Of a DNA stretch of 64,000 bases, positions 21,918 through 31,642 are shown one piece after another. The stretch is taken from the NCBI GenBank assembly GCA_963736015.1, contig CAVTNG010000009.1, positions 129,005 through 193,004 on the forward strand, in the 5' to 3' direction. A model generated the notes under the pieces. That model had not been told where the DNA came from. It searched no databases and worked only from the letters and a program-made list of their open reading frames with translations. Every line of letters begins with the position of its first letter. Position 1 is the first letter of the stretch. Origin of the DNA: an uncultured Chloroflexia bacterium. GTDB lineage: Bacteria; Chloroflexota; Dehalococcoidia; DSTF01; JACRBR01. Position numbers and translations under genes: made by a program.

Positions 21918-24563
21918 GTGCGCCTCAACCTTCGACGCTGCCCCGTGTTGTCAGGCTTCGTTCTGCCTCTCATGGTCGTCGCGTCAGCCGCGGGCGTCAT
22001 CCCCACTGGCGCTGACCATCAACGCGTGCTCGCGCAGTCGCCCGTCCGGCACTGGAATGGCAACGCGACCGCGCCCGCGATCGATACGCTCTCGATCCAT
22101 GCCGGCAAGCCCGCCAACGCGAAGCTCGATAGCCATCTCGCCGATCTCGCCTCCGTCGTCACCTTCCAGCGCGGCCTCGGCCTCGCGCCCTCCACCAGCG
22201 GCGCGGCGCTCCCCGCCGATCTCGCCTCGCTCGAGGCGGCCGGCGTCCTCCACACCGATGGTCACGGCCGGGTCCAGGTGTACGTCCACTACCAGGGCAA
22301 CGCCGACACGTGACGCAAGGACTCGCCGCGCTCGGCGCCACCGTGCGAGGCGTCCAGTGATGACGATCGCATCATTCAGGCGGAGGTCGATGCAGGCGCA
22401 CTACCCGCCGCCTCCGCCATCGCCGGCGTGACGTTCATCTCACCGCCGGACTACGTCATCCCCGCGACCGGCGCCGCCCTCACACAGGGCGATGCCCTCC
22501 TGCTCGCAAGCCAGGCCCGCACCAACCTCGGCGTCGATGGCACGGGCGTCCGCGTCGGCGTCATCTCCGATGGCATCGCTGGTCTCGCCGCGAGCCAGGG
22601 CTCGAACGACGTCGGCCCCGTGACCTCACAGTCGTTCCGCGCCGACATGAACCTCAACGCCGGGCCGGAGGGCACGGCCATGCTCGAGATCGTGCACGAC
22701 CTCGCCCCCGGCGCCGAGCTCTGGTTCGCCAACGCCAGCACCACCATCGAGTTCGCCAACGCCGTCACTTTCCTCGCTGGCAACGTCGATGTAGTGGTCG
22801 ATGATCTGCGCGCGTTCGGCGGTCCCTACGACGGCACCAGCACCATCTCGATGGCGAGTTCCTCGAACTCCACGAACCCCGCGAAACGCGAGCGCGTCCA
22901 CCTCAACGCCGTCGGCAACGACGCCCTCGACCACTACCAGGAGCCGTTCGTCGCCTCGGGCTTCACTTTCAACGATGGCGGCGTCGCGGCCCCCGTCCAT
23001 GGCTTCCAGGCAACAGCCTCGACAACAGACGGCGGCTTCCCCCAGTTCTGCAACGGCACGAGCGGCATCTCCTGCTGGAACATGCTCGCCCTCCCCGTCG
23101 GCGGTACCGCCACCGTCTTCGTTGAGTGGAACGACCCCTTCGGCGCGTCCTCGAACGACTACGACGCCTTCCTGTTCGACGCCACAAGTCCCGGCCCCAT
23201 CAGTACGAGCACCAACCGGCAGAACGGCACTCAGAATCCCGTCGAGGTCGTCGGCGTAACCAACAACACCGCGCAGCCGCAGGCCTACTTCCTGCTCCTC
23301 GCGAAGTTCGCCGGCGCCACGCGCACCTTCGACATCTTCCTCAGCTGCTCGCCGTTCTGCCTCTTCTTCAACAACAACGCCGACCTCAACTTCAACACCA
23401 TCTCCAGCAGCGTCCCTAACAACTCCGATGCCGGCGGCAACGTCCTCGGCCTCGCCGCCATCGACCAGGCCGATCCCGGCACCGACACCGCCGAGCTCTA
23501 CTCCAGCCGCGGGCCGACGAACGACGCCCGCAACAAGCCCGATATCACCACCGTCGACGGCGTCGCCATCACCGGCAACGGCGGGTTCCCCGTCCCCTTC
23601 TTCGGCACCTCCGCCGCCGCGCCGCACGCAGGCGCCATCGCCGCCCTCGTGCTCCAGTGCTTCCCCGCGCTCAAATCGGGCGAGGTCGGTGACAACCCGG
23701 CCGCGGATCGCGCCACCGTCCGCACGAAGCTCACCTCGGGCCTCACAGATCTCGGCACCGCCGGCGTTGATACCACCTTCGGTGCCGGCCGCATGAACGC
23801 CGTCACCTCCACCACCGGATGCGACAGCGACGTCGATGGCGTCGTTAACGCTTCGGACAACTGCCCCATCCTCGCGAACGCATCGCAGGCCAACTTCGAT
23901 GCCGCGCCCATCGACAACGGCATCGGCATCGTCGGTAACGACGCCTCTGTGCCCGGCGCGGACAACCTCGGCGACGCCTGCGATCCCGACCGCGACAATG
24001 ACGGCCTGCCGGATGCGTCCGAATCCCCGCTCGCCGGTTGCGGCGCCTTCAACGGGATCGTCTCGACGCACCCTAACCCCGCCGGCGGCGACGCCACCGA
24101 CGACGACAACGCCAACGGGGACCCCGCCCCCCTTGATGGTGCCGATCTCGCCGACAACGGCCCCTCCTGGGACACCGACAACGATGGCGTCCGGGATGGT
24201 TACGAGTGCGCCAACGGCTCCAACCCGCGCGACGCCGCGTCGCTTCCGCTGCCCCTCGGCGATGACGCCGCGGACACCGACAACGACGGCCTACTCAACG
24301 GCTGGGAACGCCGCGGCTGGGGCACCGACCCCACAAAGGCCGACACCGATGGCGATGGCAAGTCGGACTGCGCCGAAGCCGGCGACGTCGATGGAAACGG
24401 CAGCTTCAACTTCCCCGGCGACAGCCTAGCCGTCGCCCGCGCCGCCCTCGTCCCGGGCTTTGGCCGCACCAGCGACCTGGACCTCAACAAGGACGGCGTC
24501 GTGAACTTCCCCGGTGATGCCATCAACAGCGCCAAGCGCGCCCTCGGCGTCATCCCCTGCTGA
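21918..24563 (+). pseudogene. ~881-aa secreted S8 (subtilase)-like peptidase with TSP3 + dockerin-like tail; compensating -1/+1 pair at ~22310/~22358 leaves an in-frame TGA
   Basis: GTG 21918 after GGAG, plus a signal peptide. Motifs GVRVGVISDGI and GTSAAAPHAGAIAAL. The local frame-2 stretch VTQGLAALGATVRGVQ bridges TGA 22311-22313. Tail DVDGNGSFNFPGD...DLNKDGVVNFPGD. Confidence 0.8.
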
Positions 24564-25131
24564 CCGCGTCTCCCGGACCCCGTACGCGCTCCGAGAACTC
24601 CGCCAGCGACCGCACCAGCACGAGCCCGGGCGGCGGCTCCGTATCGCCGTGCGCCCCGGCATGGTCCAGCAGGTACACGCGCTGTACACCGTGCGTCGCC
24701 AGGTGATACGCCGTGCGTGGGTCATCGTCGATGTGTGCGTCCAGCGACAGCCGCAGCGCCGTCGCCAGCTTGTGCTGCGGAGGGCGCAGTCCCGGCGGCG
24801 CCATCTCAATCCCTCGCACGCTCGCATCCAGCCCGTGCCCGCGTAGCCAGCGCCGGATCAGCGGCTCCCCGGCGCGGCTCCGCCCCGTGACGATGTAGAT
24901 CTCATGCGCCGCCGCGATCTCGCCCAGCACCTTCGGCGCGTCCGGCGCCATGCGGCGCCACCCGAACCGCAGGTACTCGATCGCCAGACGCAACGGCTGC
25001 GCTCGCCCCGGCGTCCCGTACAGGTCTTGGTAGTTCGCCGGAAGGTCATCCACGGGCGACGGCGCGTGCACCGCCATGCGGCCGAACGGCGTCTGGCACA
25101 GCACCCCATCGAAGTCGAAGCCGATACGCAT
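24550..25131 (-). CDS. HAD-superfamily hydrolase-like protein (nucleotidase-like)
   Basis: MRIGFDFDGVLCQTPFG (DxDGV motif)...IYIVTGRS...HIDDDPRT. Read in the same frame as upstream ssuE with no stop between them. Confidence 0.6.
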   Translation of the reverse strand: MRIGFDFDGVLCQTPFGRMAVHAPSPVDDLPANYQDLYGTPGRAQPLRLAIEYLRFGWRRMAPDAPKVLGEIAAAHEIYIVTGRSRAGEPLIRRWLRGHGLDASVRGIEMAPPGLRPPQHKLATALRLSLDAHIDDDPRTAYHLATHGVQRVYLLDHAGAHGDTEPPPGLVLVRSLAEFSERVRGPGDAVSRG

Positions 25132-25641
25132 CAGCGCGGCGACGCGAGCGCGATCGCCGTCCGCTGCGACGCCCGCCACGCGCTCCCGCAGCCGCGGTTC
25201 CGGCTGCCCCTCCGGGAACTGCTCGTCCGTCGCGTACACGCCCGCGATCGCCACGCCATCGAGGCTCGCGAACAGCGGCCGCATCCCGTACTCCACCGCC
25301 AGGAAATGCTGCGGCGCCGCCCCGGTCTGCACCGGCACGCAGATCTTCCCCGCCAGGTGCGCCGGCGGCATCAGGTCGAAGAACGCCTTCATCACGCCCG
25401 TGTACAGCGCCCGGTACGTCGGCGACGCCGCCACCACGATCGCCGCCCCGCCCACCGACGCGATCGCCTCATCGAGCGCCGACGCCGATGCGCGCGCGAC
25501 GAGCGCCTCCGCCGGCAGTTCCGCGACATCGATGATCGACGTCTCGCACCCGGCGCCCGCCAGGTCGGCCAACATCAACTCCGCCAGCAGCTTCGACTTC
25601 GAGGGCGAGCGCGGGCTGCCCGATATCGCGACCGCGCGCAT
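25132..25641 (-). CDS. ssuE: NAD(P)H-dependent FMN reductase (SsuE-like)
   Basis: MRAVAISGSPRSPSKSKLL...AASPTYRALYTGVMKAFFDLMP...LAVEYGMRPLFASL parallels E. coli SsuE. The stop codon is not seen in this frame. Confidence 0.7.
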
Positions 25642-25649
25642 CCCCGCCA

Positions 25650-26739
25650 CTACGCCGGCGTCAGCTCGCGCGGCGCCGCGGGCACCGCCGCTTCGCCGCG
25701 GAAGTGCGGCATCACGTACCGCCCGAAACGCTGCCGCCTCCTCCAGGTGCGGGTAACCCGACAGGATGAACGTATCGATGCCCTCGTCCACGTATTCCCG
25801 CAGCCGCGCCGCCACGCTCTCTCCGGATCCGACGAGCGCCGTACCGACGCCGAGCCGCGCCTTGCCGATGCCGCTCCACAGGTTCGGGCCCAGCCATTCA
25901 TCCTGCGACGCAACCAGCGCGCGTTGCCGCTTCTCACCTTCCGAGTCGCCGGCCGCATGATGCTTGTCCATCATCTTCTGGAAGTTCTCCGGTATCTCCG
26001 ACACCAGCGCCTCCGCCGCCGCGCGCGCCTCCGCGTCCGTCTCCCGCACGCACACGTGGATGCGCATCCCGAACCGCAGCGTCCGCCCCAGCTCCGCCGA
26101 CCGCGCGCGCATGTCCGCGATGCGCTCCCGCACCATCGGCAGCGGCTCGCCCCACAGCAGGTACACGTCGGTTTCCGCCGCGCCCACCTTCTTCGCCGCC
26201 TCCGATGCGCCACCGAAGTAGAACGGGGGGCTCGGCAGCTGGTACGGCTTCGGGTGCACGTCGCCGTTTTCGATGCGGTAGTAGCGGCCCTCGTGTCCCC
26301 ACTTCTTCGGCTCCGTCCACGCCCGCCGCACCACCTGCATGAACTCCTGCGTGCGTGCGTATCGCTCGTCGTGCTCGGTGAAGTCGCCGTCCGCCGCCAG
26401 CTCCGCCGGGAACCCGCCCGTTACGACGTTGATCAGCACGCGCCCGCGCGTCATCTGGTCCAGCGTGTTGGACATCTTCGCCGCCACCGTCGGCGCGATG
26501 AACCCCGGCCGCATTGCCACCAGAAACTTCAGCTTCTCCGTCCGCGCCGCTACGACCGCAGATGCCAGCCAGGCGTCCTGGCAGGTCGTGCCAACCGGCA
26601 CCAGCGCGAACACGAAGCCCGCCTCCTCGGCGGCGCGCGCCACTTCCGTCAGGTAGTCGGCCGTCGCCGGCCGCGTCGGCGGGCCGATGACCTCGCTGTC
26701 ACCCATGGTCGGGAGAAACCAGCCAAAATCGATGGTCAT
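25650..26739 (-). pseudogene. ssuD: FMNH2-dependent alkanesulfonate monooxygenase (SsuD-like, LLM class), frame change near 25735
   Basis: MTIDFGWFLPTMGD...CQDAWLASAVVAA...LKFLVAMRPGFIAPTVAA...ILSGYPHLEEAA. The true C-terminus RFGRYVMPHFRGE...* lies in ORF 25650..25958. Confidence 0.85.
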
Positions 26740-26880
26740 GCTTGACTCCGAAGGCGTTGTCCGGCGGTGGCTGGAGTATAGGCACGCTTCCGGCTGCGCT
26801 CAATTGGGCCGAAAGCGTTCATCTGGCCGTAACCTGACGCCGCTATACTCCGACCATTCCAGCGGGAGGAACGTCCGGTC

Positions 26881-27546
26881 GTGCACAAGATCCTGTTCGT
26901 CGATGCCTCGGAGGAGTTGGCCCCGCTCGCGTCCACGCTCGAGGAGCACGGCTTCGGCATCACCCACGCCACCCCCATCCGCGCACTCGAGCGCGCCGGC
27001 GCCGAGCAGCCCGCCGTGATGCTCTTCAGCCTCCTGGGCCGCCCCGACCTCCCCGCAATCCGCAACCTCCTGCGCGCCGCTGATCTGCCGCACGGCGTCG
27101 CCTCGATCGCCCTCCTCCGCAGCGATCAGCTCGAGTCCCTCGACTTCTCCACCGGCTTCGATGACTTCCTCGTCTACCCGGCGCTCACCGAGGAGATCAC
27201 CGCCCGCCTTCGACGCGCGATCTGGCTGAAGTCCGGCATCGAGAGTGACAACACCCTCCGCGCGGGCGACCTGCACATCGACCTCGCGAACTACAAGGTC
27301 TTCGTCGCCGGCCGTGCCGTCGATTTCACGTACAAGGAGTACGAGCTCCTCCGATTCCTCGCCACGAACCGCGACAAGGTCTTCACCCGAGAGGCTCTCC
27401 TCAACCGCGTCTGGGGCTACGACTTCTACGGCGGCGCCCGCACCGTCGACGTCCACATCCGCCGTCTCCGCAGCAAGATCGAAGACCGCGCGCACACCTT
27501 CATCGAAACCGTGCGCAACGTCGGCTACCGCTTCCACCTCGACTAA
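26881..27546 (+). CDS. OmpR/PhoB-family winged-helix regulator with degenerate (pseudo-)receiver domain
   Basis: GTG start. The C-terminal part LRAGDLHIDLANYKVFVAGRAVDFTYKEYELLRFL...RTVDVHIRRLRSKIE is a canonical trans_reg_C domain. The receiver lacks the acceptor Asp (MLFSLLG). Confidence 0.8.
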   Translation: MHKILFVDASEELAPLASTLEEHGFGITHATPIRALERAGAEQPAVMLFSLLGRPDLPAIRNLLRAADLPHGVASIALLRSDQLESLDFSTGFDDFLVYPALTEEITARLRRAIWLKSGIESDNTLRAGDLHIDLANYKVFVAGRAVDFTYKEYELLRFLATNRDKVFTREALLNRVWGYDFYGGARTVDVHIRRLRSKIEDRAHTFIETVRNVGYRFHLD

Positions 27547-27577
27547 GCGTCGACCCTGCGACCAATACCCTTCGTAG

Positions 27578-27597
27578 GGGCGCAGCCTGCTGCGCCC
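27578..27597 (+). terminator. GC-rich hairpin downstream of the regulator gene (REP-like, no U-tract)
   Basis: GGGCGCAGC-CT-GCTGCGCCC, 32 nt past the stop at 27546. Similar GTAGGGG-prefixed hairpin at ~28464-28497. Confidence 0.3.
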
Positions 27598-27675
27598 TCG
27601 CCGTCGCGCACCGGCATCGACAAAACCACGACTGATGCCCGGTCGCGCTCACGCACCCACTCGCTATCGTGACGC

Positions 27676-28434
27676 GTGACCCGGACTACCGAACCGCCCC
27701 CCACCGCCCCGCGCACGACGCGCGTCGACCGCATCCGCGCACGTTGGGATCGCTCCATCCGCCGCATCCGCACTCGCTGGGATCGATTCCTCGATCGCTT
27801 CGAGCACCTCATCGTGCGCTGGGAGGCCGAAGGCGCCACCGTCGACAACAAGCCCATCGTCACCGCCGGCAACCGCCGCATGGCCATCATCGGCATCGGC
27901 AGCGCCCTCGTCGGCACCATCGCCGCCCTCGTCGTCGCCTACACCATCGGCGGCGTCCAGCTCGTCAAGCGCCTCGGCTACGTCGGCGTGTTCCTGTCGT
28001 CCGTCATCGGCTCCGCGTCGATGTTCATCCCCGTCCCCGGCTCCCTCGCCGGCATCACCTTCGGCCTCTTCCTCACGCCGATCCCGCATGTCCCGCAGCC
28101 GCTCACCGTCGCCGTCGTCGTCGCTGCCGGCTCGGCGGTGGGCGAACTCACCGGCTACTCCACCGGCATCGGCGGCCGCGCCGTCATCGGCAACAGCCGC
28201 ATCGGCCGACTCCTCGTCGCCCTCATCCACCGCCACGGCTCGATCACCGTCTTCCTCATCGCCGCCGTTCCCAACCCCTTCATCGATGTCGGAGGCATCG
28301 CCGCCGGCGTCGCCGGCATGCCCATTCGCCGCTTCATGGCGATGATGTTCTGCGGGAAGACCATCAACTACCTGGCCATCGCCTACATCGTCAGCAGCGG
28401 CATCGAGTGGGCCCAGCGCTTCGTCAACGCCTGA
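27676..28434 (+). CDS. DedA/VTT (SNARE-associated, TVP38/TMEM64-like) family membrane protein
   Basis: 252-aa ORF (GTG start), Arg-rich N-terminus, multiple TM helices. Motifs FLSSVIGSASMFIPVPG and FLIAAVPNPFIDVGGIAAG. Confidence 0.65.
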   Translation: MTRTTEPPPTAPRTTRVDRIRARWDRSIRRIRTRWDRFLDRFEHLIVRWEAEGATVDNKPIVTAGNRRMAIIGIGSALVGTIAALVVAYTIGGVQLVKRLGYVGVFLSSVIGSASMFIPVPGSLAGITFGLFLTPIPHVPQPLTVAVVVAAGSAVGELTGYSTGIGGRAVIGNSRIGRLLVALIHRHGSITVFLIAAVPNPFIDVGGIAAGVAGMPIRRFMAMMFCGKTINYLAIAYIVSSGIEWAQRFVNA

Positions 28435-28560
28435 CGCACACCGCTAGACTCACCCGATGCGACGTAGGGGCCGGCTTGTGTGTCGGCCGTGCGCACCCGA
28501 GTCGAAGCTCACGCTTCGCGAACCATGGCGTAGCAATAACCGACTGAACCGGCCGATCCT

Positions 28561-28952
28561 CTACGACGCCTCGATCTTCCACGGCGGATTCAGCCGGTAG
28601 TCGCGCTCCTCGCTGTACAACCTCAGTTCGTGGCCGTCCGGATCGCGAAGGCGCGCCTCGCGCCAGAGGTAGAACATGTCCGTCGGCTCCTGGTAGAACA
28701 CGATCCCCCGCTCCTTAGCGCACGCACGTCGTCATCCACCGACTCGCACTGGAAGAACAGCTCCGCCGGTCCGCCTGCTGAACCCGATGCCTCCCCCTTG
28801 ACCTCGACCGACAGCGTCGCGTCCCCGTCCGGAAACGTGAAGCGCGCGTAGCGCGGCGGCGCATCGACGATCTGGGTCAGCCCGAGCGTCCGGTAGAACG
28901 TCTTCGAGCGTTCGAGATCGCTGACGATGAGCGTGACGTGATTGAAACGCAT
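28561..28952 (-). pseudogene. VOC/glyoxalase family protein, frame change near 28725
   Basis: MRFNHVTLIVSDLERSKTFYRTLGL...FFQCESVDDDV, then in another frame ...IVFYQEPTDMFYLWREARLRDPDGHELRLYSEERDYRL. Length 392 = 3n+2. Confidence 0.7.
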
Positions 28953-29056
28953 GACGTTGCCTCCTCACACCATCATGGCGCGCGGCGTCGCCGCAGGCAT
29001 CGGCCCGCCGGCGCAAACGGCACTACACCTTTGGACGGAGGATGCGCGGCCCGTCG

Positions 29057-29635
29057 CTAGCCCGCGCGACGATGCACTTCAAGCACCGTCGGCTGCGAAA
29101 CATCGGTCTCGACACGCTCGATCCTGTCGCCCGCTCGGACGTCTCCCGCCTCGACCACGCTCGCGTAGAAGCCCGTGCGTCCGGTCTCGCGCATCCGCTC
29201 CTTGAACTCCGGCATCGCCATCCGGATATCGAGCTTGTAGCAGGGCCCCCGCGGCTCCGTCACCCGGAGCAGCGCCTTCCCCGCGCGCAGCACGTCTTCA
29301 ACGCGGACCTCGTCCTCCAGCATCCCCTCCACCGTGAGGTTCTCCCCGAACTGACCGTGGGGAAGCGCCCGCCCCAGCTCCTGCGACCATGTTTCGTAGT
29401 GCGCGGCCGGATAGACGTAGACGGCTTTCCGCTCGCCCCCGTGCACCTGGCGACCGTTGAAGACGCGCGTGTCCGCCTGTCCGTCGCCCGCCAGCCCCCA
29501 CAACCGGACCCGCACCGGACCTTCGACGGCCGATTTGTAGATCCCCGTAACCACGGTGTGCTCGCCGACGACGATCGCGCGCGGCTGCCCGACGTTCACC
29601 GACAGGATCGACAAACTCGTCTCGACCTCGGTCAT
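29057..29635 (-). CDS. MOSC domain-containing protein
   Basis: Start at internal ATG 29635 (MTEVETSLSILSVNVGQP). Motifs: GDGQADTRVF...HGGERKAVYVYP...GENLTVEG...RVTEPRGPCYKL. Confidence 0.8.
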   Translation of the reverse strand: MTEVETSLSILSVNVGQPRAIVVGEHTVVTGIYKSAVEGPVRVRLWGLAGDGQADTRVFNGRQVHGGERKAVYVYPAAHYETWSQELGRALPHGQFGENLTVEGMLEDEVRVEDVLRAGKALLRVTEPRGPCYKLDIRMAMPEFKERMRETGRTGFYASVVEAGDVRAGDRIERVETDVSQPTVLEVHRRAG

Positions 29636-29755
29636 GGCAAAAGTGTAGCGGGCAGGTTGAACGGCGTATGACATTCCAGAGCTGTCGATCCCGGCCTGTC
29701 GTGCGGCGTCGTATCATCAGGCTACTGTCGGGCCACCGGATGAAGTGATCAAACG

Positions 29756-30328
29756 ATGAGTAACGACCGGGCCGAGGCAGCACCTGCGGCGGATGCGGAG
29801 CCGGCACCGACGCCGCGCGATCGCGTGCTGATGTCGATTCGGGCTGACGCGGCGCTGCTTCGCGATGAACTCGTCGCGCGCGTGCGGGCCGTGCAGGACG
29901 AGCTTCTCGGTATCTTCGCCGCAGGGCCTGGCGATGAGCGCGCCCGCTATCACGAAGGCGCCGACTGGTCGATGTCAGACCTGGCGCGCCATGTCATCGA
30001 CGTGGCGGAACGCATCGCTGCGCAGATCGGTGCGCTCGGTGCGGGACAGACGCCGCCGCCGTACAACGTGCCGGACGGGATGGAGATGCAGGTCGAGGAC
30101 GGCGGCGAGACGTTAGAGCAGTGGTGCTCGCGGTTGGGCGGCGCGCACGCATCGGTGCTGGCGGCAATAGACGGCCTGCCCCAGGAGCCCGACCTGGCTG
30201 TTACGTCCGGGCATGACTACTTCGGCCAATTCACCGCGCTCGAGTGGGCCGGGTTCCAGCGGTTTCACATCCTGATCACGCTGGATTACGCGCGTCAGCT
30301 ACTGGAGACTGCCGACACTCGACGCTAG
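29756..30328 (+). CDS. DinB-like / mycothiol-dependent-enzyme-type four-helix bundle protein
   Basis: 190-aa ORF with WSMSDLARHVIDV...EWAGFQRFHILITLDYARQL. Family assignment is tentative. Confidence 0.5.
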   Translation: MSNDRAEAAPAADAEPAPTPRDRVLMSIRADAALLRDELVARVRAVQDELLGIFAAGPGDERARYHEGADWSMSDLARHVIDVAERIAAQIGALGAGQTPPPYNVPDGMEMQVEDGGETLEQWCSRLGGAHASVLAAIDGLPQEPDLAVTSGHDYFGQFTALEWAGFQRFHILITLDYARQLLETADTRR

Positions 30329-30361
30329 GACGGGCGCGGCTCTCGGTACTAACTCGAAGGC

Positions 30362-30416
30362 CTGTGGTGCGGTGAACCCACCTCTCCGCGCCTTCTGCGT
30401 CTCTGCGGTGAACCCC
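30362..30416. repeat. dispersed repeat family B (TCCGCGCCYTCTGCGGTGAACC)
   Basis: ctgtggtgcggtgaaccca...ctccgcgccttctgcgtctctgcggtgaacccc. Second copy at 38389-38413. Confidence 0.55.
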
Positions 30417-30423
30417 AACCCCC

Positions 30424-31270
30424 CTACAGCCCCAGGATCTCCGCCAGCACCGGCCGCACATACTCCATGAACAGCCCCGGATTCTCGCTCATCGGAAAGT
30501 GCCCGAGCCCCGGCATGTCCTGATAACCGCGCCCGGAATCCGCTCCGCCAGCGCCTCGCCATCGCCGGCGTCGATGACCAGTCGTACTCGCCGTACATGA
30601 TGTCGACCGACACGCTCCGACGTATCGATCTGCTCCGCGGTTTCCGTCAGGTCGTGGTCGACGGAGTAGTAGTACAGGTCGCCCTTGAACACCGGCGGCG
30701 CGCCCTGGCTGTACACCCACGATGTCTCGTGCCGCAACGCCTCCGGGCTCGTCGGCGACATCAGCCCGTACATGACGCTTGCCTTGAAATCGTTCGAGAT
30801 CCGCGGGTGATGCCACATGTCCGGCGTACCCGCCGGGCGTGCGCGCCGACGCCTCGAGCCCGACGACCGCGCGGAAACGCTCCGGGTGATGCAGCGCCAG
30901 GTCGATCGCCAGGTGCCCGCCGATCGAACTGCCCATGAACGCGGGCCGCTCCAGCTCCAGCGCGTCCGCGAGCGTCAGCGGCACCTGCATCAGGAAGTCC
31001 TTCGTCAGCCGGTACTCCTGCGTCCACCAGTCCGTGCTCTCTGGCGGCAGCGACTTGCCGTGATACGGCAGGTCGTACGCGATCACGCGGAAACGTTCGC
31101 GCGAGCTCCGCGTCTCCGAGCACGTGCCGCCACTGGCGTCCATCCGCGCCGGCCGTGTGCTGCAGCAGCAACGGAATGCCCGCCCCCGCCTCTTCGAAGT
31201 ACACGCGATGCTCGACGCCGTCGATGGGCAGGTACACGTAGCGCCCGCTGATCGCGTCGAATCGCGCCAT
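30424..31270 (-). pseudogene. alpha/beta-fold hydrolase, about five frame changes
   Basis: MARFDAISGRYVYLPIDGVEHRVYFEEAGAGIPLLLQHTAG / RVIAYDLPYHGKS...AFMGSSIGGHLA (nucleophile elbow GSSIGG) / ...MPGLGHFPMSENPGLF. Pieces lie in three frames. Confidence 0.7.
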
Positions 31271-31642
31271 CACGCCTCTCCGTCCGCGCGCGCCAGCTCG
31301 ATCAGCCGCCGCAGCGCCGCGTAGTACGGCCCCACGATCCTCGACGCGTCCCTCCATCATGAAGCCGTGACGCGCGACAGCGCCGTACAGGTCCTGGTAG
31401 AACGGCCGCGGCCGCGGCTCCAGCATCGCGGCCCACCCGTCCTCGGGCCCGCTGATCCGTATCGCCCCGCTCGTCTTCCGCGGCACCTCGCTCGCTTCTT
31501 CGATGCGGCCGCCGCGCACGGTCATCCGCACCGTGTCTGCCCCGCCCGCGAACACGACGTCTGCATCCCACATGCGCGCCGCCAGCGCGAACTCGCCGTC
31601 GTCGTTCGCCCGCCGCATCGCCGCCAGCATCCGCTCCTTCAC
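31270..31642 (-). pseudogene. small conserved-looking protein (possible SCP2-like fold), frame change near 31335
   Basis: GTG overlaps the PrpD-family stop (GTGA). VKERMLAAMRRANDDGEF...RISGPEDGWAAMLEPRPRPFYQDLYGAV..., then GPYYAALRRLIELARADGEA*. Its stop overlaps the next ATG. Confidence 0.45.

Noticed and set aside
22311-22313. In-frame TGA as selenocysteine or programmed readthrough
   Set aside because: The following 16 codons only make sense in a neighbouring frame. No SECIS-like hairpin is evident immediately downstream. The window is full of simple indels.
24904-26745. 613-aa plus-strand ORF antisense to ssuD/ssuE/HAD
   Set aside because: Shadow ORF of a GC-rich region with extreme Arg/His/Pro composition. 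The opposite strand has strong SsuD/SsuE similarity. The same reasoning rejects 34116..35873(-), 35885..37102(-), 37072..38211(-), 36996..38234(+), 18549..20183(-), 22626..24071(-), 30761..32236(-) outside the segments reused above, 46772..47761(-), 50057..50905(-) and 55951..56916(-).
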